Assembly: GCA_963789265.1 (NCBI GenBank)
Contig: CAWBKB010000001.1
Location: 1,088,001 to 1,152,000, forward strand
Source: an uncultured delta proteobacterium
Lineage (GTDB): Bacteria > Desulfobacterota > Desulfomonilia > Desulfomonilales > Desulfomonilaceae
Direction: 5' to 3'
DNA length: 64,000 nucleotides
Shown: positions 19,988 to 28,700 of the stretch, in pieces
Layout of the letters: each line of letters begins with the position of its first letter
Numbering within the stretch: position 1 is the first letter of the stretch
Notes under the pieces: generated by a model
What the model saw: the letters and a program-made list of their open reading frames with translations, nothing else
Databases searched by the model: none
What the model was told of the DNA's origin: nothing
Made by a program: the position numbers and the translations under genes

Positions 19988-20506
19988 TTATGGTGTTTCT
20001 ACAGTTTTTCCAGGTCTCGGTGGGGGTGGTGCAGGCATGTCAGGTGAACCCTCGGGCACCTCTGCGATCACGGCGGTTATCTCTGCCCCATCTTTGATAT
20101 TGAGATACTCGGCCAACGGGTCACGTGAGACCAGCTCCAAGATTCGCGCGTTTCTGTGTCCACCGCGGTATATCCAAGCCAATACAGACTTATTGTTTAT
20201 CTCGATCACCTTCGAACAAGGTGAAAGATGATTACCGTCCTCGTATCTATTCACGGCTCGTCCGCGCTCCTGCGCCATGCATCGATACTTACTCTCATTC
20301 GGAGGTGAATATAGTGAGTCGTCAGCCAAGACCATATTGAAAGTACCCGGAATGCACTCACGGATTTGCGGAAATTCCTCTTCGTGATCTGCGCACACTT
20401 GTTCCCAGTGCGTAGAGGCGTGACGGCTCCCATGCTGGCAATATGTTCCATTCACTATCACCTGTCGCCCCATTTGTACCTCCGACCTCTCATTTGCGAA
20501 CACCAC
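19988..20506 (-). CDS. Hypothetical protein, weakly CTP-dependent riboflavin kinase (DUF120)-like
   Basis: PGTFNM and LELVSRDPLAEYLNIKDGAEI resemble family motifs; start may be the later ATG (MGRQ). Confidence 0.5.
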   Translation of the reverse strand: MVFANERSEVQMGRQVIVNGTYCQHGSRHASTHWEQVCADHEEEFPQIRECIPGTFNMVLADDSLYSPPNESKYRCMAQERGRAVNRYEDGNHLSPCSKVIEINNKSVLAWIYRGGHRNARILELVSRDPLAEYLNIKDGAEITAVIAEVPEGSPDMPAPPPPRPGKTVETP

Positions 20507-20527
20507 CGTTGATTGTTCCCGCTGCCC

Positions 20528-20637
20528 TTACTTTTTCCCCGGCTTCTTTCGTCGGCGCACTCGGCCCACCATTTCTTCAACGTAGCCGCTAAACTATTCC
20601 GTGTCGGGTATAGGAAGGTCTGCTGCCACCGATTGCC
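20528..20637 (-). repeat. Degenerate inter-cargo repeat, copy 3
   Basis: CCCACCATTTCTTCAACGTAGCCGCTAAA..CCGTGTC..GAAGGTCTGCTGCCACCGATTGCC. Confidence 0.7.
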
Positions 20638-20835
20638 TCTTTGGAGTGACGTGATGGGGGCAGCCAGCGCTGACTACCCGAGAAATCTACCCCATGTAAT
20701 ACTCTTTGCCAGTGCCGGACTTCCGAACCAATAATTAACAGAGGTACACCCAGGAATTACCAGCGTATTAACCTTTTTGCTGTTTGAGTGTGACCTAGTG
20801 GTCTCGTATCATGGCAGTTTCTCATTATGGATGAG

Positions 20836-21588
20836 TCACACAGCGGGTGCGGATGATCCTTGCCCGGATGCCGCCTGCCCAACCTGTGGTAGTTCGTCCC
20901 AGGTTCGCCCTTCGAGCAACCGACCGGCCTTCTTCTTGTTGGTGCCGCCCCACTGCTTGAAGAAGAACGGCACATAGGCCCGGCGACATTGGTCCCTAAG
21001 ATCTGTGACCCACTCCGCTTTCATTGACCGCGCCTTTGGGCCGGACTCGCCGCCGACGATCACCCAATCAATTCCGTCGAGGTCGATGTTTGGCAGTGGA
21101 CCGAGAAGGGGCTCCAGCGAAAGAAACTTTAGGTGAGCTTTCGTCGCGCGGAGTTCATCGATTCGCGCGCGGTAACAGTCCATCTCAACGCTTACACCCA
21201 TCCAGATGTTCGGGGTCCACGTGAGCTTGGAATCGAGCTCGGCCAACCTGTTTGAACGCTTCGTGAGCACTTGGAAACGGTGCCAGTGCGCCCGGCGCAT
21301 GACTTCGAAGACCTTCTTCACGTAGGAGAGGGGCACGTCCTCGTGGAACAAGTCACTCATCGAGTTGACGAACACGGCCTGCGGTTTCTTCCACCTCAGC
21401 GGCAGTTCGAGCATGTGGAGTTGCAGAGTGACGTCGAAACCGTTGACGTAGTTGGCCTGGCCCATTGCCTGGAGCCTTTCAGTCATGCGTTCGGCATAGC
21501 AGTGCGTGCAGCCGGTGCTCACCTTGGAGCAACCAGTGACAGGATTCCAGGTGGATTCAGTCCACTCAATTGACGACTTCTTCGCCAT
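20836..21588 (-). CDS. DUF5131 / phage Gp37/Gp68 family three-Cys-motif (radical SAM-like) protein
   Basis: IEWT..TWNPVTGCSKVSTGCTHCYA, NSMSDLFH, LSLEPLL, GGESG, FFKQWG. Confidence 0.93.
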   Translation of the reverse strand: MAKKSSIEWTESTWNPVTGCSKVSTGCTHCYAERMTERLQAMGQANYVNGFDVTLQLHMLELPLRWKKPQAVFVNSMSDLFHEDVPLSYVKKVFEVMRRAHWHRFQVLTKRSNRLAELDSKLTWTPNIWMGVSVEMDCYRARIDELRATKAHLKFLSLEPLLGPLPNIDLDGIDWVIVGGESGPKARSMKAEWVTDLRDQCRRAYVPFFFKQWGGTNKKKAGRLLEGRTWDELPQVGQAASGQGSSAPAV

Positions 21589-21646
21589 GCGTATTGATTG
21601 CCCCTATCGTCCTTTATCGGTCTTGCATTCGCTTACGAACCATCAA

Positions 21647-22746
21647 CTACTTGTCAAGAAAGCGCAATATCGCATAGTCAGGGTACGTGTTGGACCGACG
21701 CTTCCTCCCGTCAGCTTTCAGTGTTTCCACAGCAATCCGGCCACAAGCCTCGTCCTGCTTAAGTGCGGCTGTCATATGCTTCTTCAAAAACGCTGTCTTG
21801 TCTTCGACGAACCTGCGCACCTCCAAGCAGGTGATAACTCCTTTTGCTCTGAATTGATCCCGAAGTTGGTCGATGAGCGTCGATGTGGTGTCGACATCGA
21901 ACAGGTACTCGCTGGTTAGGATTCGTGGCATCAGAGAATCTGAACTCGCCGTTTGGGTCGATTCGCCACATTGCCTCCTTCATCTTGAGATGCCCAAGTT
22001 CATGGTTGGTGGCGAAGAACAGATAGTATTGCGTGCGGTCTTGCCGATCGCGCATCTCGAAGTACCGCACGTACTCGGCCACACGTTCGAGATTTGACTG
22101 GTAAAGCTCCCTGAGCTGAACCACCCGGTTGCCGACACCCTTAGCGATGCAAATCGCTTCGACGGTTCCAAACGCCTCGACAATGTGCTGCACCACCTTG
22201 TCCTCTGGATGCTCGAGGAACCGGTTGATCGCGTCGACCATGAACGTAATGAAGACCTCGCAACGCTTGTATTTCAGCAGCCGTTCGATCAAGGAGAATG
22301 GGATACCTGAAAATCCGAAGGGATCGATGAACGCGAACGTTGGAGCGAGGGTGCCGCTACCCTCTTTGATGCAGTCCATCATCACCGCGAACTTCTCGTG
22401 GAACCGGCCGGTCTCCGGTATCACTTTGAAGTGAGCTGGGGTGTCCAAGTTTTCGAGCTCCTGCTTGAGATGCTCGATGCGGTCTTGCCGCTCATCGATG
22501 AACCAGAAGACAACTTCGTGCTGTATTGTCTTGCGATGGTTGAGTGCCACATTGAGAGCGATCAAGGGCGAACCGGCCTCACCCCCCGCGTAACGCCCAG
22601 GCCCACAGAATCCGTCGATGTAGACGATGCGGCTATGCCAAGTACTCGAATATTGGGAACCACGCCGCAAGGTACCGGCCCAGGATTTCATGCTTGGCTC
22701 TCGTGTGCGGGTCCATTACCCACAAGGTGTCTTTGGGCGTGACCAT
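21647..22746 (-). CDS. tcmP: Three-Cys-motif partner protein TcmP, two frameshifts (~22650, ~21905)
   Basis: HTRAKHEIL.RYL..W, YIDGFCGPG, FIDPFG, YYLFFAT, MKEAMW spread over three frames; adjacent to DUF5131. Confidence 0.85.
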
Positions 22747-23207
22747 ACCTTTCCCTATTCCCCCTTCTCCCGGCGCGAGAGCGATCCCCCCTTTGCTTTG
22801 GCTGTTGAGACTCTTCGCTGTAACTGGCTAACTATACGTGTGTCCAGTGCGCGGTCCAAGTACTTGAAAGCACTTCTTTCTCGATCTTGAGGTAATAGCC
22901 AGCCTCCAACGCACTGCGCAGATAGTCCCATAATTCCCGAACCACGGTGTCGATGTTTCTTCTCTTCTCAGATGAACTCATTCGCGGGAGAGGACCCGAC
23001 CATGCACACCGGTCACTCCGATGGCTCCTCAGACCCAAGTTGGTGGCGTCGCGGTTGCTGACAGGCAGCCACTGAGCACAACAGCCCCTATCATGTGGAA
23101 GGAATGGATTCTTCGGACCTTTTCTGAGGCTACGTCCCCGCATGCTCAAAGTCAATCATGAATTTGTCCTTGTCCCGGATAAACCATACCTCAGATGTTC
23201 CATTGGT

Positions 23208-23315
23208 CTTATTTGCCCCTGACTTTTTTCTTTAGAGCACCCGCCCCAGCATTTTCTCAAAGTGGCCGATGAATGCGTCGGTGTCAAGCGGAAGAAGAAG
23301 GTCTGCTGCCGCCGA
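23208..23315 (-). repeat. Degenerate inter-cargo repeat, copy 4
   Basis: CCCAGCATTTTCTCAAAGTGGCCGATGAA..TCGGTGTCAAG..GAAGGTCTGCTGCCGCCGA. Confidence 0.75.
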
Positions 23316-23383
23316 AACTGAGAGGAGTGAAGTGTCACCAGCGACCCATATGAGTCGAGGGCAAACTTGACCTCTTCTTCCGG

Positions 23384-24971
23384 CTAGCCCAAGGGGTGCC
23401 ATCCACTCCACCCGACGCCTGTAACCTGCCAAGTGTGGCGGCGTAATCCGTCGCGCCATTGGCTAAAGACTTCTAGCCGACCATCGGCATTGCGAGATAC
23501 TTCGAACGTATTCATGTCGCCTTCCAAATTCTCCCAGGAACCCCATCCGCTCTGGGTGTGCCATATGTGGCGTAGGCTGCCATCCCCCCATTTGGCAAAA
23601 ACCTCAAGCCGACCGTCAAGGTTTTGTGCCACGCGAATGAAATCTACCGACCCTCCGAGTGTATGCCAGTCGCTCCATCCCGTTACGGTCCTGCTATCCT
23701 GCCATATGTGCCTCACGGCTTTGTCGTTTCCACACCCAAAAACTTCTAACAGGCCGTCGCGGTTTAGCAGGACTTCAACAGATTCAATAGCGCCACCTAA
23801 GCTGGCCCACTCACTCCAACCGCCTGGACAATTGGGATCTTGCCATATGTGCCAGAGGGCGCCGGCCTCGTCTCTCGCAAACACCTCCAACCGACCGTCA
23901 GCATTCAGTTTGGCTTTGAAATCTCCCAGGCTTGGGACTGACAGGCTCTCTCCTTTGCCGGAATCTGTGTTCTCAGGCGACTTGCACATGCGTCGTTTCC
24001 TCGTTCCGAGCGAAAGAGTTTTCTTGCCATCGGATATTACATTTTCCGCTTTACCGAACTCGCGGCGTTGGTCAAAGTATGATCTGAGCTGCAATGTGAC
24101 TTCATCAGAATCGATGTCACAGGATATTATGGTGTAACCATTAATGTAATCTCGGGATTGATACAAGCACCCGCAGTGACTCATGACTGCTGAAGCAGCC
24201 ATATGCTCCACACGTTCCGACTCCGGGTCATGGTTATGCCCGAAAAGGAGCACGTCAAACTCGCTGAAAGCACGCCGCTTCGTACCTGCCATGTTCCATA
24301 GGTGATAGCCAGGGGAAGGAATGATGCATGACGCCTATTAGCAGGTCACAGTCTTTCACAGCCTGTAAGGCCGAATCAATCTGGCGCTCTCCTATGCTAA
24401 GGTTTCCGTAGTCAGCGTTCCCGGGTCTTCCGGTGGCTCGCCAGCAGGAGTTGAGGGAGCATAGACCCACTGCGGCACCATCAATGTCGATGGTGTAAGA
24501 GCGGTACAGTGGGTTTTTTGCACTCAGCCCCCTCGAAGGATGAGAGTCAATGAAGCGGTTGAATTGGTCCAATCTGTGCAGGTAATAGGGTTTGGTCGGG
24601 AAAGAATCGATAATGCGATTAATGTCATGGAAGTTTTTGCAACCTTCTCGCACCCCCGCGTCCAGGGTCTCGTCGACTTGGTCTCTGTCTATGTCATGAT
24701 TGCCGGGAGCTAAGAAAAATAGGCCCGGTTCCAGCCCCAGCACCTTCACCACGGGGGGCACGAGCAGATTATAGGCGACTTCAAAATCGTCGGCTACGTT
24801 GCCTGCTTGAACAAGGTCACCGGAAAAGACAACAAAACTGGGGTGGATGCCTTCCTCTGTTTCGAGCTTCGCCAAGTCAGCAATTAACGCGTCAATGACC
24901 GTCCGGACGTTTGTATCCCACGTCTTGCCATAGTGGAGGTCCGATAGATGAACAAAAGATATTTTCTCCAC
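23384..24971 (-). CDS. Metallophosphoesterase fused to four PLL-lectin-like beta-propeller repeats, frameshifted near 24285
   Basis: HLSDLH, SGD, PGNHD, MHH in one ORF; GHNH plus four N.DG.LEVF...HIW...GW..W repeats in the overlapping ORF. Confidence 0.8.
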
Positions 24972-25306
24972 GTGCTCAACCCTCCCTCCTCAGCGGTGGT
25001 CGGAATGCGTCGCCCGATCACAAGAGGCATTTAACGTTCTTGAATCGCGAAGATGAAGTCCAACCGCGGTCGTCGAGGGTTGTCCCAGGCCGCTTCCATC
25101 CGCAAGACTGGCGATACTCGTAGACCCCGGGAGAGCAAGCCCTTCCAAACGTCCCTACTGTCTCCCTTACCCGTCCAACTGCACATGGGACATTGACCTG
25201 AGACGGCACCTTCTTCGGAACCGGAATATGAGCGAAAGATTTAATACCCCGCAGCACGTCCACTCACCTTTGGGGCCCTTTGGGGGCACTGGATCCCGCC
25301 CTCAAC

Positions 25307-25342
25307 AAAAACAGGGGAGCCGAGACTTCTCAACTCCCCTGT
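25307..25342 (-). terminator. Rho-independent terminator downstream of the tRNA-Glu fragment
   Basis: Minus strand ACAGGGGAG...CTCCCCTGT followed by TTTT. Confidence 0.6.
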
Positions 25343-25359
25343 GATATTAGTGTCTTATC

Positions 25360-25398
25360 TGGCGTCCCCAAGGGGATTTGAACCCCTGTCGCCGGCTT
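25360..25398 (-). other. tRNA-Glu 3'-end fragment (att-like scar 1)
   Basis: Minus strand GCCGGCGACAGGGGTTCAAATCCCCTTGGGGACGCCA: T-arm, acceptor strand and CCA; no 5' half. Glu identity inferred from the acceptor end. Confidence 0.75.
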
Positions 25399-25405
25399 CT
25401 GATTT

Positions 25406-25630
25406 TCAAAGCAGCGCATTGAACTGGTCCACAGTAAGCCCGACATCGTGAATTATGGCTCTTAGCGTTCCTTTGGCCACCTCGTTGTGGTCCGGAACCA
25501 CGATCCTTCGGTATGGGTAGCTCGACTGTCTCAGGACAATGTGGCTCCCTCGTTGATGATCCTTCTCATAGCCGAGTTTCCTTAGCGCCCGCACAACCTC
25601 GCGGCCGGACAGTTGGGGCAGCCGTGTCAA
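25406..25630 (-). CDS. hicA: HicA family toxin
   Basis: LRKLGY..HQRGSHIVL, VPDH, GTLRAI. Confidence 0.92.
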   Translation of the reverse strand: MTRLPQLSGREVVRALRKLGYEKDHQRGSHIVLRQSSYPYRRIVVPDHNEVAKGTLRAIIHDVGLTVDQFNALL

Positions 25631-25839
25631 ATGGCTACCTCGACAAGTTCTTCGGCTATAGGAGGCGGAATAGGCTCGTCATGTGCGGCAAGACTTTCAA
25701 GATAAGCGGCTATGGCTTCCTTGGCGTTTTCGATGGCCTCCTGCCGAGTGCGCCCTTGAGAGATACACCCTGGCAGTGACGGCACTCGTACCACGAAGAC
25801 CCCATCTTCATCCTGTTCAATTAAGATTCGGTATTTCAT
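25627..25839 (-). CDS. hicB: HicB family antitoxin (short, no DNA-binding domain)
   Basis: VPSLPGCISQGRT..EA..N..EAI; overlaps the hicA start. Confidence 0.92.
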   Translation of the reverse strand: MKYRILIEQDEDGVFVVRVPSLPGCISQGRTRQEAIENAKEAIAAYLESLAAHDEPIPPPIAEELVEVAI

Positions 25840-25967
25840 TTTCTGCCTCGTCAATCCAGGCAAGTGCGGTAAACCGGTAAGTCGTGGAAGAAATGCGTTA
25901 GAAAAAAGAGGAATCAGGACTAAGAAGCCCAGATTTTCCGGTCTCTTCGCTCTTTAATGTGTTGTTG

Positions 25968-26000
25968 TGGCGTCCCCAAGGGGGCTTGAACCCCTGTCGC
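25968..26000 (-). other. tRNA-Glu 3'-end fragment (att-like scar 2)
   Basis: Minus strand GCGACAGGGGTTCAAGCCCCCTTGGGGACGCCA; direct repeat of scar 1 with two mismatches. Confidence 0.72.
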
Positions 26001-26319
26001 GAGAGCGAGAGAAATATCCCATAGTTTCCAAGGGTTGCGCTAATCGCCTTTCCTGATGAGAATTTCACAACTTCCCGATTCATGCCATGAAACTTTTTAG
26101 CACTATTTTTCCTTTTTTCAGAAGATTTTTTCCAAGAAAGGCTCCCACGGACTGGTACCTTGCCCTCCCTTCTCGAATCGTGACCGCGAACGTCATTTTT
26201 TCTCAAATCGACGGAGCTTACTCAGATATCTCTTAAGGCTGCCCGCATCATCTTAGAGTCGTCCGCAAGCCCATGGTCTCAGGGCTTCCAGCTCTCTCGC
26301 CACAGCCCCATCCGCTTGC

Positions 26320-27466
26320 CTAAATTCCTATTTCCCGTGCCACTACTACACGCATGATGTCGGGAGTTCCTCCTCCGATGAGGGGAAAATAGGAGTCGCG
26401 AAGATATCGTTCAACCGGGTATTCCGTCATGAGACCGTATCCGCCGAAGATGGACAGCGCCATTGAGCAGATCTTGTTGGCGGCCTCGCAGACGATGATC
26501 TTAGTTAGTGCAGCCTCTTTTGAGACTTTTTCGCCTCGATCTGCTTTGCGAGCGGCATAATACAGGTACAGCTCGGCACTCTCCAACATAGCCAGCATGT
26601 CCGCGAGTCGGAACCGCACTGCCTGAAACTTGCTGATAGGCATCCCAAACTGCTCTCGTTCTTTGGCATATTTGAGCGCCGCCTCGTATGCCGCCTTTGC
26701 CAATCCCAGGGAAGTTGCTCCAGTCATGATCCGGTCCGCTTCGAGGTGTGGTATCACCGCGAGGAGGCCGGTATTTTCTTTGCCGAGCAAATGGTCTTTA
26801 GGAACCACGAGGTCCTCAAAAACAAGTTCCGCTGTATCTGAACAATGGGTGGTAAACTTGCTCAGCCTCTTACCCACGCGAAACCCTTTCATGGCGGTAT
26901 CGACCAGGAAAACCGAGATACCCTTCATTCCTTTTTCCTGGTCCGTCTTGGCGACAACAGCGACGAAATCCGCTATCGTGCCGTTGGAAGTAAAAATTTT
27001 AGTACCATTGAGGACGTACGAGTCGCCATCACGTACGGCTCGGGTGCGAATTGCCGCAGCGTCGGAACCTGCCCCGGGCTCGGTTAAAGCAAATGCTCCG
27101 ATCTTTTCACCACGCAGCGCAGGAACCAGGTAGTTTTGCTTCAGATTGTCGGACCCAAAGTGATAAATGGACAGAAGAGGAACTGACGTCGCCATTGCAA
27201 CCGTTGCAGAAAATCCAGCCGATACTTTGGCTAACTCTTCCACCAGAATGCAGTGATAAGTGTTCGGCTGGTCCACGCCTGCTCCGCCGTACTCCTCAGG
27301 GAACTTCACTCCAAGAAAACCCAGTTCTCCCATTTCTCGGATGAGATGGCGCGGCGGTTCCCCTGTTTCTGTCCAGCTCTTCAGCAATCGGAGCAAGCCG
27401 TTCCTGTACGAACCGGGCGACGTGCCGGCGAAATTCTTCAGCTTCCCATGATAAACCGAGATCCAT
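26320..27466 (-). CDS. Acyl-CoA dehydrogenase (frameshift near 27370)
   Basis: FALTEPGAGSD, NGTKIFTSNG, REQFG, FGGYG; a plausible N-terminus MDLGLSWEAEEFRRHVARF lies in the adjacent frame. Confidence 0.9.
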
Positions 27467-27552
27467 TTCACATCCCCTTCTTCTCTACCTATTGGCAGCG
27501 TCCAGACAGGAACCTTGTGGCTTTGCTTCTGAAATATATGACCGGCATCGAC

Positions 27553-27834
27553 TCAACCTCCGCCCATGGTGATGAAGGATATTCCCAAGATGTCCCCTTC
27601 ATTTAGCCCGGCGGCCAGCTTTCCCGGAAGAAAGTTCGAATCCACACCATTGACTGTTACTGCAATGTCAGGGTAGATCTCTTCCAGCTCAGCGTTGACG
27701 AGCTTCACTTGCATGACTGACTCAATGGCTGCCAGGCCGGACATAAGGTTTGGATTCTCGTCCTCGAGGAGTATGCTGTCGGTCTTCAATTTAGTTCCGG
27801 TAAAGTTGGATTTGACCGAAATTTTTATCATCAC
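27553..27834 (-). CDS. MoaD/ThiS-like sulfur carrier (ubiquitin-like fold)
   Basis: VTVNG, LNEGD, C-terminal GGG; coupled to a MoeB-like gene. Confidence 0.8.
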   Translation of the reverse strand: MMIKISVKSNFTGTKLKTDSILLEDENPNLMSGLAAIESVMQVKLVNAELEEIYPDIAVTVNGVDSNFLPGKLAAGLNEGDILGISFITMGGG

Positions 27835-28625
27835 GCCGAACCTCCCCATTGATCTGAAGTTGAATCGATTTCCCGGCACACGGTGCAATCCGCTTTTTGA
27901 TTTACTTTGCGATAAGAGAAGTTCATCGATTCTCCGTTAAAGAGGATCAATCTTCCAACAAGTGACGGCTCGGCTCCCGTGAGTATGTTGAGAGCCTCCA
28001 TCGCCTGGATGCAGCCGATGACACCCGGGGTGGGGCCCAGCACAGGAAAAGGGCTTTCGGATGGGGTCAAATCGTGGGCTTCGTAAATGCATTGAAGGCA
28101 CGGTCCCTTTCCCGGGGCTACCACGGAGGCTATGCCTCTAACGCCCAGGACTCCGCCATGCACGAGAAGCTTACCTTGTCTGCAGCATTCCCGGTTTGCT
28201 GCAAGTCGTGTCGGAAAGTTGTCCAAGGCATCGATCACGATATCAGCCTCGCCTACATATTCGCGGAAGCTATCCCGGGCTATTGCTTCGTTCACTCCGA
28301 CCGTTTCAACTTCGGGATTTACATTTCGTAAGAGCTGTTCTGCAACAACAGCTTTAGGTTTGCCTAGATCTTCGGTTGCGTAAAGCAATTGCCGATTGAG
28401 GTTGGGAAGATCGACCCGGCCATGATCGATTATCGTCAGCCGTCCAATGCCTGCTCGCACAAGGTACTGCGAGCATACACTTCCAAGGCCGCCCGCTCCC
28501 AGCAGGAGAACACGGGAACGCCTCAACCGTTGTTGGCCTTCCAGGCCGAAGCCCGGAAGGATCATCTGTCTTGCATACCGCTGCCAACGGGTCACCTCGT
28601 CAGGATTGTCGGATTCCACGGCCAT
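27831..28625 (-). CDS. HesA/MoeB/ThiF family adenylyltransferase
   Basis: RYARQ, GAGGLG, NLNRQ, DNFPTR, CLQC, CTVC. Confidence 0.93.
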   Translation of the reverse strand: MAVESDNPDEVTRWQRYARQMILPGFGLEGQQRLRRSRVLLLGAGGLGSVCSQYLVRAGIGRLTIIDHGRVDLPNLNRQLLYATEDLGKPKAVVAEQLLRNVNPEVETVGVNEAIARDSFREYVGEADIVIDALDNFPTRLAANRECCRQGKLLVHGGVLGVRGIASVVAPGKGPCLQCIYEAHDLTPSESPFPVLGPTPGVIGCIQAMEALNILTGAEPSLVGRLILFNGESMNFSYRKVNQKADCTVCREIDSTSDQWGGSA

Positions 28626-28700
28626 TGCTTGCCCTGAATTGTCTGATTCAGACAGAGGTGAACTCCCTGGTTGAAGGAATTAATGACCAGTTAAATTTCA

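Noticed and set aside
22832..23155. 107-aa ORF between repeat 4 and tcmP
   Set aside because: It begins inside the putative fifth repeat copy and has no recognisable motif. It may be a decayed cargo fragment but cannot be supported as a gene.
18945..23315. Repeat array as CRISPR or classical integron attC sites
   Set aside because: The repeats are ~110 bp, degenerate and separated by whole genes. No cas or intI gene is present, and no RYYYAAC...GTTRRRY bounded palindrome was seen.
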